Assembly: GCA_002633005.1 (NCBI GenBank)
Contig: NMRA01000153.1
Span: 187,893-251,892 of the forward strand
Direction: 5' to 3'
DNA: 64,000 nt
Origin: Phoronis australis
Lineage: Eukaryota > Animalia > Phoronida
The position numbers and the translations under genes were made by a program. Positions 32,701-46,435 of the stretch are shown here, one piece after another; position 1 is the first letter of the stretch; each line of letters starts with the position of its first letter. Below the pieces are notes generated by a model. It ran no database searches, was not told the DNA's origin, and saw nothing but the letters and a program-made list of their open reading frames with translations.

Positions 32701-35258
32701 TAAAAAGTTCCATTTAATAAAAATAAAATGATGTAAAAATGTAACTGGGTATTTGAGATTTGATTTACTGAACATTTAATATTTCAAATTAATTTAGTTG
32801 TATACTAATATCATTGTTTTGGAATGGAGATGTGTTTTCTTTGTTAAATTTCACTAAAAAACATGGTCACACGACCCAATTGATTGGACTTTGGTATGAA
32901 GTCTCAACAATCGAATTTTAAGAAGTTTCTAGTCTGGGAAATAAATAAATATTGAGGTCTATGTTGTATATATGTTTAGCTAAGTACACAGTATACATTG
33001 CCGTCTTAGAAACCAGAATAATTTCTCAAAATACAATATTGAAAATCTGAATTCATGCCTTAAATGGACAATTTTTTGTTATCACATTACCACCATTTGT
33101 TCGTGAAAGATGTCATCTTTGTTTTGGAAATGAGTTTCCATTGATCATAAATTACTGGGAACTGGTATTTAAACTTATCGCTTTACAAACTCAAAGCATT
33201 TTTCATTTCGTTCACTCTTTGTGAGTATTTCCTAGACATTTTTTTATGGCTGTCTGGGACTGGTTCCCCTAACAAGTAAAATAAGCACGGAAGTTATGCA
33301 AAACTACCAGCATCCTCATGAAAAGTTCATGCTTAAAATTTCGAATAGCATCAATAATCAAAATTCTTTGAAAATGACAATGTTGTTTGTTGCAGTGGTT
33401 TCCAACAACGTGCCATGGTTGGCTCATAAAATGATTTTAAAATTGCCAAGGGTAGCAATGAAAGCAGTCAGATATCGAGTCACGAATTGTGCATGTACTG
33501 CATTTTAAAAAATCCACCGAAGTTGATAGTTGGTTTGAGGAATTCTTACGACGATTTCAAGCCTGCTCTTTGGAACCAGTTTCTGACATCCCTGAGTTGA
33601 TGTCCCAATGTTTTTCACATGAAATCCTTTTGCTATATTTGTGTAATTTAGAGCGTTTTAAAAAAAACTTTTATTCAAATAAAAGATCTCCCTGTGAAGG
33701 GTATTTGCTTTTATCACTAAAAACTACCACCAGTCTTATCAGTCTCCAGAGCTCCAGTTACAGTCATTGTATAAACTATTTTTATCACATCAGACACTGG
33801 AACACTACAAGAAGCAGGAAGTCTCTGGCACCAACTAATTATGTTGAACACATCTGGAAAAGTTCAACTGTTTTGATGTGAACACTTATGCATGTGCCCA
33901 AGATATTTTTTAGTTGTTGGTTTAAACCAATTAAGTGGTGACATCTCTGTATTAACGGACATCAGTGACTTGGTGAAAATGGTTGGAGAAGGCGCTAATT
34001 AATTGGTAAGACTCATTTTTTCAGTCTTTCATAATTAACTCTTGAAGTCTCAGTCCAGCTTGTTTTCTTGTGTAAGTGACAAATGTGTGGACTCGCCAGG
34101 TATCTAGCAGTCAAGGAAATTTCAGGCTGCTGACTTCTGTGATTCAATTCGTTAATTAGAACAGGAGATTAATTTCCATGGAGCTTACTGATAAACCTTC
34201 GTTAAAGACACTTCATTATTCTCTGTTTGAGCATATTTCATTTGTTGTCCTGACATTGCAGAGGGTGCCGATTCATCTTTATTAGTTAAGACTAGTGAAT
34301 GATGTCTTCACCAAGGACAACTCATAGATTCAGATATGGTATGTATAGTAAAGGTTCTTAGAACACAAGATTCTTACTCAATGGATAGTGCACCTGGTTG
34401 TACTCAGATGTTGCTTTTTGTGGTGTACAGTACATTTGTATATATTACTTACTCGCTCTTTTAACGCACGGGAATGATGAAGTTTTTTCAAAAGAGTTAG
34501 TATATTTTTATTTGTAAGCCCGTGTACTATGTTTATTGAATCAAATCAATGTAATATAGGGACATTCTGTATAGGTTGACATTTATGTTTTAATGAATTT
34601 TTCTTTGAGGGTCCAGTATTGCGAAAGATCTCTATTGAGGTCATGTTTTGAAAGGGTACATTTCAAAAGGGTGAAGTTTTGCAGTTTGGTCTGTGGACAG
34701 TTGAACTCTGGAATGGTGCCAATAGGTCTTCATCTTATGTCCCTAAATGTCCAACTAGTTGCGTTGTATGAAATGTGTTTTCAATGAAAAAATTGCTCAC
34801 TTTTGATAATGTATTATTGGAAAATGTGGGAAAAAGAACTGGCCATAAAGATGATGTGGTAGAAAATTTTGACATTGGTAACTAAACAAACTCCACAAAT
34901 GTGCGAAATTTTAGGACTGTCACACAACTCTGAGCACTGGTATACATGTAGCCTTGGGAGGTTTTTGAAAACTTAAACAGTCCATTAACATTGTTCTTGC
35001 TTTTGATTGAAATGCTGCTTCTTCAAGAATTCACTCTCAAACACTGTTTCATTTTTTATGGTAAGGTGACAGTAATTAGTGGCATTTTTTGTTGTTTTCT
35101 TTAGAAATATTCATTGAGGAATGGAATGTATTTTAGGGCCCCATTGTGTTCGCAGACTGGCAAAGAAGTCAGGCCCCGGACAATGTATATCATAAGAGCG
35201 CAGTATATTTAAGAATTGTGTTAATTGTGACCTCATCACAGTTCATTTACTATGACAG

Positions 35259-35308
35259 GCCTAACACACAGTCCTCAACTTGAAAAGAGGCATGGAGAAG
35301 AGACAGAG
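35259..35308 (+). CDS. Possible upstream exon of septin gene 2
   Basis: tatgacag acceptor, gag/gtgaga donor; open frame LTHSPQLEKRHGEETE ends in phase 0, matching exon 55631; no homology support. Confidence 0.25.
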
Positions 35309-38300
35309 GTGAGAATTATTAGTGTTGTATTGAATTTGGTATAAAGTTACATTTTGCCCCATTTAACTGGCTAAAAATGAAAATGGAATTGGGCCTTTTA
35401 CTCTCATGAATTAGTTTACGGTAATAACATTCCTTACTGTAATAGGATTATGTGTCCATTATAAACAAGAGCATCTAAACCATTGCGAATTCAAAAATAG
35501 GGCATGTATGCATTTCCTGTCACTTAAGTTACTGGCTTATTCAGCAAAAATTCAAGCTTGGTGGAGTGTGATAATATTTTAAACCCCGAAGCAGTTGGGT
35601 TTAATATTTAACATTGGCAGCTAAATATCATGCGTTATGCAGCTTTGATTTTGAATACTAGATTGGAAGAATTTTTTAGAACTGTTATTATTATATGCCT
35701 GTATCCAGGCCCATGTACCTATATTCTGAATTGGTTGTATGCATCTACATAGAGAACACTTGAGTTAAACCAAGGATTAATTTTTGAAGTAAGAGGCAGG
35801 TTGACTTGATGTGGCTGTATAACAGCATTCCGTCCAAGATGCAAACTTTTGATATACGTACCTCTTACTGTTGTAAAAGTGATCTCAATTTGCTCCTTAC
35901 TCAGACAAGAAGGGGTTTCTGAGTTGGCAAAAAATTGACAGTTTGTTATTCCTTGAGATCTTGTTCAGTGCATATAATAACACGCTGTGGAGCATCAACT
36001 AGAGATGCCATGGAGCGTCAACTTGTAGAGACTTGTCTCTAGCAATAACGAACTGAATTCACATCCAATTTTACTAAAAACAGTTGAAATCAACTTCCTA
36101 AAGGTATCATTTCTTAATCAAAAGTAAGGTTTCTTGTGTTGGAGGGTGGGTTTTATGCTGCTTGAATCATTCCAAAACGTATAGATCTGATGTTGACCTG
36201 CTGTCAACTTGACATTCATCATTGTATGGATAAATTAAGTACTGAGAATGGAAGGCACACGAAAAACAAGAATAAGAATTGCACACTTACAAGGGATAAC
36301 CCCCTTTGCCTATAACTGAAGTCCGCCACATGACTGTGCGTGAAATACTTCATCAAAAAATATTTTTTTTTAAAAAACATTACTTCAGGTATTGGCACAA
36401 AGGCTTAATCACTGACATATACAGTATGCTCTTTGGCTATGATATGCTGATAATTGTCTAGAAATGTGATATGGATTGATACATTAAGCATTTTGTCTTG
36501 AATTGTTTGCTTTACAAAATAACTGAAAGCTATCACTTTTGATGGGAAGTGATTGACTTCAGCTTATTTCACATACTTTCGAAATTTTGATTGTGTTAAT
36601 GTTTAAACAATGGCTATGGTACCGTAGTCATAATTTCCTCAGCAAGTTTGGCCATCAAAAGTGTGAAGCAAATCAGAACAAATAACTGCAAATTCATGTA
36701 AAGATACAGTTAGGAGTCGTTCTGTTAAATCCATTTTTACATTGAAGCTTAGATGAGGGGAATTAAAAATATTGTTTTGTGAGGTTGTCCTCAGTTTTTG
36801 GTCTAAGGCTTCCCGATGATCAGTTGAATATTTTGTATTGGTAAGGTGTATGTTTTGAACAAGAGCAAGAAATACAGCATATGGTGACTTTCCTTCTGTG
36901 GATGATAGTTGGCCGCTCGATGGAATGTTCAGGTGGTCCCTTTGCTCTACCTTTGGTTCTGCTGTCAGCTTGAATTCAGTTGTTTAATGTGGGTGGCTGT
37001 GTTAGATTTTGTGTGCATGTACCTTAATATTTGATAGACTTGTGGGTATTTACATCTTTTGTTGATTGAAACTCAAACATAAAAAGGAAATGTGTTCAAG
37101 GAGTTTTATTCCATTTTCTACCAAAAAAAAGAAAAATCCAGAAATAATTTGTGTAATGAATTTTTCTCGATTATATAACAAATTTTTGAGGGTGTTTGTA
37201 AGGCAAAAACTTGTCAATCTTGTTAGACTTGAAAACCCCATATATTTATTTGTGTAATATCTGGCACTTTGACAGAACAAACACTTGAAAACACAGGGAA
37301 AGGTGACACCAGAGGGACAGGGATGCTGATTGTGTTGACAAAACAAAGATAAACAATAGTGGTTTTGAATTTGTTCACAGGAAGCCTCGGTTAATTACTC
37401 TTCCAATCTTTGTCAATAAACAATACAGTGTGAGTTGCCACTTTTTAATCACCGGTGACATTTCGATTAATGCTAGAACTGTTTTGTATACTGTTGCTCT
37501 TCTCTGTCAACTAGATCAGAGAGCAATTATAGTCAATGGAAAATAATTAATGGAAGCTAACAAAGCCTGTAGGTTTTTGGTTCTTCAGTATGTTTTTTTC
37601 TTATTTTGTGGTCTATGGGGTGCTTGAATGTTCAGCCACTCACCCNCCCCCCCGCCTCTGGGCAGTATTTATGCATTTTTCAGTTACTAATGCTATGTGG
37701 AATAATTGTACCACTACTAATTTTGGACAAAACTACTGGCAATTGCCAGAATCACCCTTTTTTCATTGTTGTGAATGGCCTGTGTTTCAACAAATTGGTA
37801 GATAGCAGCTATGCTACACAAGTTGAGACTGTAAAATGCTTGTTTTTCATGAAAAAATAAAAAATTGAATTTCACTTGTCCACCACACTGCGTCCTAAAT
37901 TGGGGTGATTTTGTGGTAGATTGAGCGCCGTTACGAAATCCTTAATCTTTCCATTTTTATGCAGGTACTTAACTACAATTGGTCAGGCTGAACAGGCTTT
38001 TAAGCTCGTTTGTAGGTTGGTTGAAGTTGAGCATCATGCTAACTCTTGTTTTTCTAATGAAACTGGTTAAGTGTGGTTTAATGCATTAGCTAAGTATTTT
38101 AGGTTCATCAGGGGTCAATATCGCAGTTAGGGGTGAGAAATTACTCCTATGGGACCTAAAATACTCTGACCAGTCAGCTTAATTGGACTTGAATGATTTG
38201 TGAAGGTCATAATTGATGTTCTATGTCAATTTTATTAAAATTAAGTTGTTATGAAAGCATAACATTAAAACTTGACACAATTGGTTAGTTTGTGGACATC

Positions 38301-38880
38301 AATTCACTTTATTGCTGCAATAATTGCATAAATATATCTTATTCAGTGAGGCGTGGAATATATTGCAAGCAGTTTATCCCGTTCAATCCGCCATGTGACC
38401 AAAAAGATGGCAAATTGAATGGGATAAACTGCTAACTGTAAGTATTGTAGACAATTTTTATCAAGAAATTCATTTGTTACTTATTGGTTTTAGGATTTAT
38501 TTTTTCTTCATATTGGTCAAATGTTTATTAATTGAAAAGTATGTGGCCTCGCTTGTGCTTAAAAGCCTACCAGAGGTCTCCATCAAGATAAAAAGCAAAA
38601 TTTGTAATAACAGTAGTTTCTTCATATTAGAACACAATGTGGCGAAACAGTAAAATTTCATTTCATGGAAAATTTCAACAAGAGTAAGCAAGAAGACAAG
38701 TTTTCACCACCAATTAACTCACACTGAAATTTTGAAATTTTTGAAACGTATTAAAAATGTACACTGAACATTTGAAAAATGAAAAAATGACAACTTGTAT
38801 TTTGGTTCGACTTTAAGGCAATTTCACCAAATAAATTCTTCTGTTTACTACCACTATGGTAATAACAAATCAGTGAAAAT

Positions 38881-39520
38881 CATAGGCGGATTTAGGGAGG
38901 GGGGCCCAGGGCCCCCCTTGGCTGCCGCAAAAAATAAAACGGCAAGAGCGTAGGGAAATGTTGATTAACCCCGGTAATTAAAATTATACCGATGAAACAA
39001 GATTTAAATGTGTGAAGTTTTGGTGTTTGGGGGGTGGGCTCAGATCCAATTTCAAGTGTCAAATTCAGAACACGGCGCATTCGTAACGGAACTATGGCTA
39101 AGTACAGGCTCTCCCGCGATATCCCAGGCAACCGGCAGTGATGCTGTGCACTACGACTCCGTTTCCGTCGTCTGCTCCACTGTGCAATGAAGAAAATGGA
39201 ACCTGAGTAATGATGAAAAAACAGAAGCTGCTGGTAAGATGTGAATTTTAATCGAAGCCTTAGTGAATCACTCAGAAACTCATAATTCTCTCTTTGTCAA
39301 ATCTTAACTTAAGACGATTTCCAAAGCAATCCCATCATTATTGCCCACACGAACAACGGATTTGGTCTTTTGGGCATTTGAAGACTATTGTGAATACAAC
39401 AAATTTGCTAAGAACCCATTGCACAAAATATAAAACATGTAATAAGCATTACAAAAAGAAGTAGGTTTTGCGCGCAAACACTGTGGACCATAANCTTGTG
39501 ATATCCTAGATCCGCCACTG
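38881..39520. mobile_element. hAT-like MITE with 5-bp TSD
   Basis: TIR CATAGGCGGATTTAGG / CCTAGATCCGCCACTG; AAAAT on both flanks. Confidence 0.72.
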
Positions 39521-42500
39521 AAAATTTTGAAAAGTTATAGTACCAGCCAATTGAAACGGGGTCCAGGCCTTTGTCTTATCCATTTGCGTCACTCTATTAT
39601 TGCATGGACGGTGAACACAAGCCAGGCGTGCAGTTGCAGAAAAGTGTCTCCGAGATAACGTGGGATCTGTGTTTTTAGTGAAAGAAATAGCAAAATTAGT
39701 TGCTTTTGCTTTTGCTTTTGGTTTTGAGCTTACTTAAAGTGATACTAAACCCTATTTTGGTGATTTCAACTAATCCTGTCACCTGATAATGCATCATTGG
39801 GTCACTGTCAAGTTCGTCTAGTGTCAGACAATTTCTCAAGACACAAAACAGAACAATTTAACAATAAATTATATATATTACCTCTCAGACACACACACAC
39901 ACACACACAAAACACAAACTCATAATAATGATTCCCGATACTAGAATTGCTATAGTTCACAATTAGGGTTTCAGTGTCTCTTTACGGTCCTACTCGTGCC
40001 ACAACTTAGGCTTCTCAGCATCAGAGATATTCGCCGCTTGACAAATATTACTGCGCCCAGCTTGACCAGCCTCCTGCAGATAAATATTACGCCGCTCAGC
40101 TTGACCAGCCTCCTGCACCAAGGTTCAGCTGCTTGGTGATAAAACTTAAGGGTCACCTAGAAATTACATAGGTACAGTAATAAGTCAACCAACTCAATAA
40201 CCAGCCATGACATAAACGTATTTTCGAATTACATCTAGAAAGAATGCTAAGGCACATAACGCTCAGGTAAATTAAACTGACTAGCACAGCGTATTATAAG
40301 TACCTGTACTAACAAATATTCGATACAAAACACACTTACATGTTCCAAAGCGTTTTGACTGGTAAGAGCACCATGTGCTTCAAATATAAAGCAAAAGCGT
40401 GGCAAAGAACAACTGCTCTCCGTCCAAACTATCAGTAGACTGCCCAGTAACACGTGTATACCAGCATAATCGTGACTGCTACCTGCACTTGCAAAACGAG
40501 CACATTTGCATAACAATACAAAGGGGTTGGCTCTACATAGAGCAACTAACAACAGGAATCTCTTGATATTCAAATCATATACAAGTCAGACCAAATTGTG
40601 ACAGTCACAAATTGTACAACATGGTCCTTGGTGGGTGGTCTTTTCCCACATTTGCCACCTAATTGGCTTTTGCTTTTAGCATAGGTCACCTTGCCTGTTT
40701 AAGAGACTTTGAAGGAATTTTCAAATTTTCCCACAAACTTCAGGAGTCAGTGTCGAGGGTTATAGAGCATTATTTCATTTCAGACAACAAGACGAGGAAA
40801 GTCTGTTTTAGTATCTGTTAATAGGCAAAAACTAGGTTTGGTATCCTTAGCACAGTTTAGTTAGTAACAAAATTCTTTTTATCGTATGTTCATAACTGTA
40901 GTCATTTCATGTAACAGTCGGTTTACTAGTTTTTTACTTTTTCGTCTATAGACTATTTCGAGAACAAATATTCCTGGACACTGTGAACAAAGTTGCAATT
41001 GAAAGAGGGCGATGTCATTACCATCACATGTTACATGCATTTATAAAATTCAATGATAAGAGCCAGTGGGTTTTGAGGAACATAACCGAATAGTCATCTC
41101 CTGTTAAGAGTTAGCACAAAAACTATTGTTGTGCACCGCAGTAGACTGTTGTTTTTATCTTACTGTGAGATAGGGGATCACCCCTCTGAATGACTTCATT
41201 AACAAATATTTTCCCAGTTATTAGCATAGATGTGTTATTCTTTGGATTCACTGCATAGTAAGAGACGTTGTTTTTACGTTGGTGTGTTGCTTAATAGGTT
41301 TGCACTTGTATTCCTTGATGGATCTAGGTTGTGTTAAGGGTGGAACTCAACCACAGTTTTCGAAACAAAAATGACGGTCCGCATAGCCCCAAAAACGGTA
41401 TACCAACAGTGCTTTTTGGTTGCGTCTGTTGGGGGACTCGGGCCCTACCGCACCCTTTAATCCACTTTAAGGTTATGTAGGACCTTATCGTCAAGGTCGG
41501 TCTAACAATGACAAAAAAGTTTTCCTAAATTTTGTCGCTCGTTGACACCTGTCCAGCAAATTAAGGTTATGTTGGACTGTATTGACAAGTCTCTGCATTT
41601 GGCTGAATATCAACGCAACTATAGTTTTTAACTAAATAAAAGTATATATTTTCTGAAAGTAGAAAACTTCTAGAATTTGAATTTTCACTTTAAACCAATC
41701 CGTTATTGATTTGGTCATATGACTATGTCTTTTTAATAAATTTTATCAATAAAGAAAGGTATGGCATAACAACTGTATCATGACATGACCAAGTTTCATT
41801 TGATATAAATGTACAAGATGAAATCTCAAAAATGCTGTTCCAGTTTTCTCAATTATTTTGTTTTCATTTTATGCAAATCATAAAAGTTGTGTTTTTGATA
41901 GGCCCTCATGCAAAAGTGGAACACTTTTTTAAAACAATCCATAACAAGATTTTGGTGAACAATACATAAAGCATAGCAGCTGAAAGTTTCGTCTCATGTT
42001 TGGAAGTAGGCCAAATTTCGGCATTTTCCTAGGGTTCTACATAGGTAACACTAATGGTGTTCAGTTATATTGAGTACCAGTGTATGTCAACTTGTTTATT
42101 ACAGTAATTACCTCATTTTCCAAAGCATTAAACATGGGAATGCATGAACAGAAATATGATAGATATGTGTGAGTCACTGTTTTCATCCATGGCATTTTTT
42201 TCCTTGTCACATTTTGCTAGCTGAGATGACTAATGCGCTTCAAAACTATTTTATACATGTTGCGGTGCAAACCTTTTTGATAGAAAACGCTGTCTCATAT
42301 ATTCTTGAGCTTTAGTACAAGCCATAAGTAATCTGACCAATAACCATTTCACTGTTATGATGGTTAGTTATGTTCAAAGCGAAAATGACTGATAATATCT
42401 TTGAAGGTGGCAAAATTCTTATTGCATAACTTATCCACCTTACTAACTTTTCTGTTAATTCACCTTAGTTTTCAGTCATTATTTAACACTGCTGCGATGA

Positions 42501-44574
42501 TGAATTCACCTTCCACCCAGCCGTCATGACCGGGAATTCTGGGTCATTTCGTCTGAATGCTTTTGACACATCTGTAACTTTAAAGCCTTGTTTTGCCCCT
42601 TATTTATGTATTATGATTTCAATCCGATATATATTCCATCGAGTTGTGTTAATTTATTTTATATTATCCTTGTTTAGCCTTGTGAATCACTAAATAATTC
42701 TTATCAATGGTGTCATCTTTTAACTCATTCAAAAGTGCATATCTAATGTGTTATTAGATATCCTGCATTAGATATCCAAACATAAAGCCACTTTTATGCT
42801 AACAATCTTTTTTAGCTGACATTTAAGTGTGTCTAAGTGTCGTTTTATGTGCTTGACGGTTTTTATGAGACAATTTTAACGCGTTTTGTTACCGATAACA
42901 GAGCTGTCATCAGGTATTCCAGGGAGCATTCATTTTGAGTGTAATTTGGACACCGGTGCCGTATGCATGGAACAGTCCCACAGAGGGACTCAACTAAGGC
43001 TCCCTAAATCTTCTGGACACTTGTGTCTTTGTTTACTCACAGGTGATGTTTTTCTATCGTTTTATCTTTATTATGAGCTCCTCCTTTAGTAATGACACTT
43101 TCTTATAAAATAAAGTGAGGCCTTATTTCAATGAAACTAGGGAATTAGTCCTTACATTAGGGGTGTTGCATGGAAAAATGGAAAAATCCCTGTGTGTTTT
43201 CGGTAATATTGAGAATTTTATAGTAGAGCTTACACTCAGTCTGTATAAAAGCCAAAAATTGACTAAATGATCAATGTAAAACTACAGAAGAAAGCTCCAC
43301 GCAGTCAATGTTTTCACAAGCCCACAAATACTGTGAAAAGTTAAGGTTATCTCTAACCTTATACACAAAAAATAGTCATTTTTACAATATTTCACGTGTT
43401 TAGTAAAATACCTTATCATCATTCTAGGGGAACTTCAAATACAAAATATATACTGTGTTTCGAGAAAAAGAGATTTAACAGAACTACTTGGGAACAGCAC
43501 AATCCCGTGGATATTTGTTTACTACTTTTCCGAGGTCAAAGTTTAAAGGGCTTTCAATCAAATCAAATCTCCCGCCAGGTACAGAACAGCTTCGCATACC
43601 CTCAGTCCATTCATTCACAAAATCGCCATAACATTTAGTAAACGAGGTGTACTTATGGTGGAATGGTGCCGGGGAAAATACAGACAAAACGTAACTTTGA
43701 TCCTAAGGGAGTTGTGCGTCTACATGCATACGACCGTTGGCGTTGAGAACGAATGCTACTGTCGCCTCAAGCCTCTGCGGTCATCAACACAGCAAATTAT
43801 GAAAAGAGATAAATCGTCACCCTAATTCCTTTAATCAATTAATAAATTGACATTTCAATGTTTCGATCTCATGCTAACGACATGCTTTAACCACTGATTC
43901 GATTTTTGTTATCCATTTCTTATTTTGTTTCGTGCTCAGTCTCCCAGCACGTGACGTGTACAGGCTACGTGTATAACAATGAACTGTGACCTATTTATAA
44001 AAGTAGGTCAAATGGTCGCAAATAACAGTAACAGTTAGCTGGGAACGGTACGTTTTAATGATAATTAAGTTAATTACGCCACTGCATAATCAGTTGACAT
44101 TGCAAGTGAATGTTGAAATAGCGAACATGTTTAAGGCTTGTATAGGTTATGTGTACCGAAAACAAGCTTTCACCGAATAACAAACCGAAGACTTTGAGAT
44201 TTTCAGTCTTCCCAGTTTAATCAGCTTTATCTTGGCTTCTGCAAATCAACTTCATTTGAACTTAGGAACATGAGTTCTCGAAAACGGCTTGGTGGATTTC
44301 GCTGAAACTTTCCAAATTTAATATTTAGTCATCAGTCTCAAAAACTCTTAGGATTTCCGATATAAAGACCTATTTTTTGCGTAATGTAACAAAGACGAAT
44401 ACGACTTCCGTTTTTTGCAAAGATACCTTGCGTTTTGCACGTTGATTTGTTATGAAAACCTTGGGACTGTTTCATGCAACTTGGCACAGGCTGGTGAAAT
44501 TCTGCATTCTCTCCCTTGCCTTTCAGAGAAGGCTCCCCAATCCCTGGCTATGAACCTGGGTAATAATGTTATTA

Positions 44575-44844
44575 CCGTAAGCTCGCGATTTAACGCCCTG
44601 GTCGCTTAAATTGAAAAACCCTGAAACAGGACAGTGAGCGATTACCCAAGCAGTGGGCGCTTAAACCAAAATTTGGCAAAAAGCCGGGGATGGGCGATTA
44701 CCCGAGAGGTGGGTGCTTACGTGGAAATTTGCACAAAGTAGGGGATGGGCGATTATCCAAGCAGTGGGCGCTTAAACCGAAAATTGACAAGAAGTCGGGG
44801 ATGGGCGGTTACCCAGGCATGGGCGATAAACTGCGAGTTTACAG
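44575..44844. mobile_element. Tc1/mariner-pogo-type MITE
   Basis: TA flanks; about 24-bp imperfect TIR ccgtaagctcgcgatttaacgccc; internal gggcgattaccc repeats. Confidence 0.65.
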
Positions 44845-45049
44845 TACAAATACACATTTAGCATTTCCCAACTGTTTTTGTAAGAAATGTTTGGTGTATG
44901 TCACAGTGTTCATCAGTGGCTCATCATGATCTACTGTTAAATTTAGAAGAATTGCCACCTCTTCTGTTTTGAAATTACTGAGGAGTTAAGTTGTCAAAGA
45001 AATAAGAATAAAAAAGAACTAATTTCATTCTGTCATTTATTTACAACTA

Positions 45050-46435
45050 CCGTATTCGCCGTAATAACTGCCCATGCCCCTATAAGCGCCCCCCCACGCG
45101 TTTTCAGACTTTGCTGAAATAAGCGCCCAGTCCATGAACGTGTACATGCGAACAATGACGTACCTTCAGTCCTAAAACTCGGCTACAGTAACGTCTTCAA
45201 TTTATCAAAAAAAGTTTTGTACGGGTCTTCTAGACCACCAGCGGCACTGCTGCGTTTGTATTTAGCCGTGACTATACACTTCAAAGTAACACAGCGCTTC
45301 AAAAAGAACGCAACAGCATTGCTGCTTTCGCGACGACCGTGTCCCACTATGGTCTGACCGTTCAGTAGACATATCGACTGTCTCATGAATAATAATAACT
45401 CGGTGTTGAACGTACGTGGCCAGAAAGCGCGCGCTACATATATGAACCTAGCTGTCATCAAAGACATTAGTCGGGAACTATCCATTCATAGCATCGGTAA
45501 GAAATGAATGTTGGCCTTAATTTCCGACAATTTCTAATACTATAAAACATGTTTGCGTTATTTTTTAGATGGATTGTTTGATTAACCATAATTGGTAAGC
45601 CGAATATCCGATAAAATGACAACTGACAGTGAATGCTTACACATCCTTACACTGAAAAATAACTGTCAGACAGTTACGTATGCATCCAGCTACACGGCGA
45701 CTAATATGGGCCTTACCGAAACAAATGTCGAACGTTTTTAGCACGAGACCGGCAAGTGCTGAATGAAACACGCTCTGGCTTAGGCCTACTGCTTGTACAA
45801 ATTTCTTTAGACACAATGCACATCTAGCTCGTTAGATTGCGTGGATCTGGCCAAAAGACGGTCTCTGCTTTGGCAAATGAACTCTGGTTACACGCACGCG
45901 CTCGCTTACTCGCAGACGAACTTCAAAACAAACGTCACGTGACAACAACATGTGTGTTCGTCCAGACATTTTTCTCGCTGTGTTGCCGATCATACATGTA
46001 GATGGCACGATGTTGCGCAGATTTGTACTTAAAACTGCCATAAATCCAGACTCCACGGGAACTTAAAAAAGTCTTACGGACACTACTTAGAAAACTTAAT
46101 GAGGATTTCAGGTAATTTGCTTGAGTCGAAGCTATTATCGAAGACGGCAATTTTGAGGCAGTCAGTCGGCGAGTTTTCGCCCTGGGATTTCAGCACAATT
46201 TTCTGTAAAATGATCGTAATTTAGCAGCAAAGTTTGATAGCAATGCACCACAGTTTTGTTGGAAGTCTTTCATAGATTACAGATACGTCACAGAACGTAA
46301 ATTTGATGAATCTTACAACTTCCGATTTCACCAGTTTCGGAGACCGGGTTTCAACCGCCCTGGGTTATAATAAGGGCCCCTCCCCTTGAACCGAATTTTT
46401 CTAAGCGCCCTGGGCGGTTATTACGGTGAATACGG
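45050..46435. mobile_element. Tc1/mariner-pogo-type non-autonomous element, copy 1
   Basis: TA TSD; 25-bp TIR CCGTATTC(G/A)CCGTAATAAC(T/C)GCCCA; collinear with 58465-59952. Confidence 0.9.
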
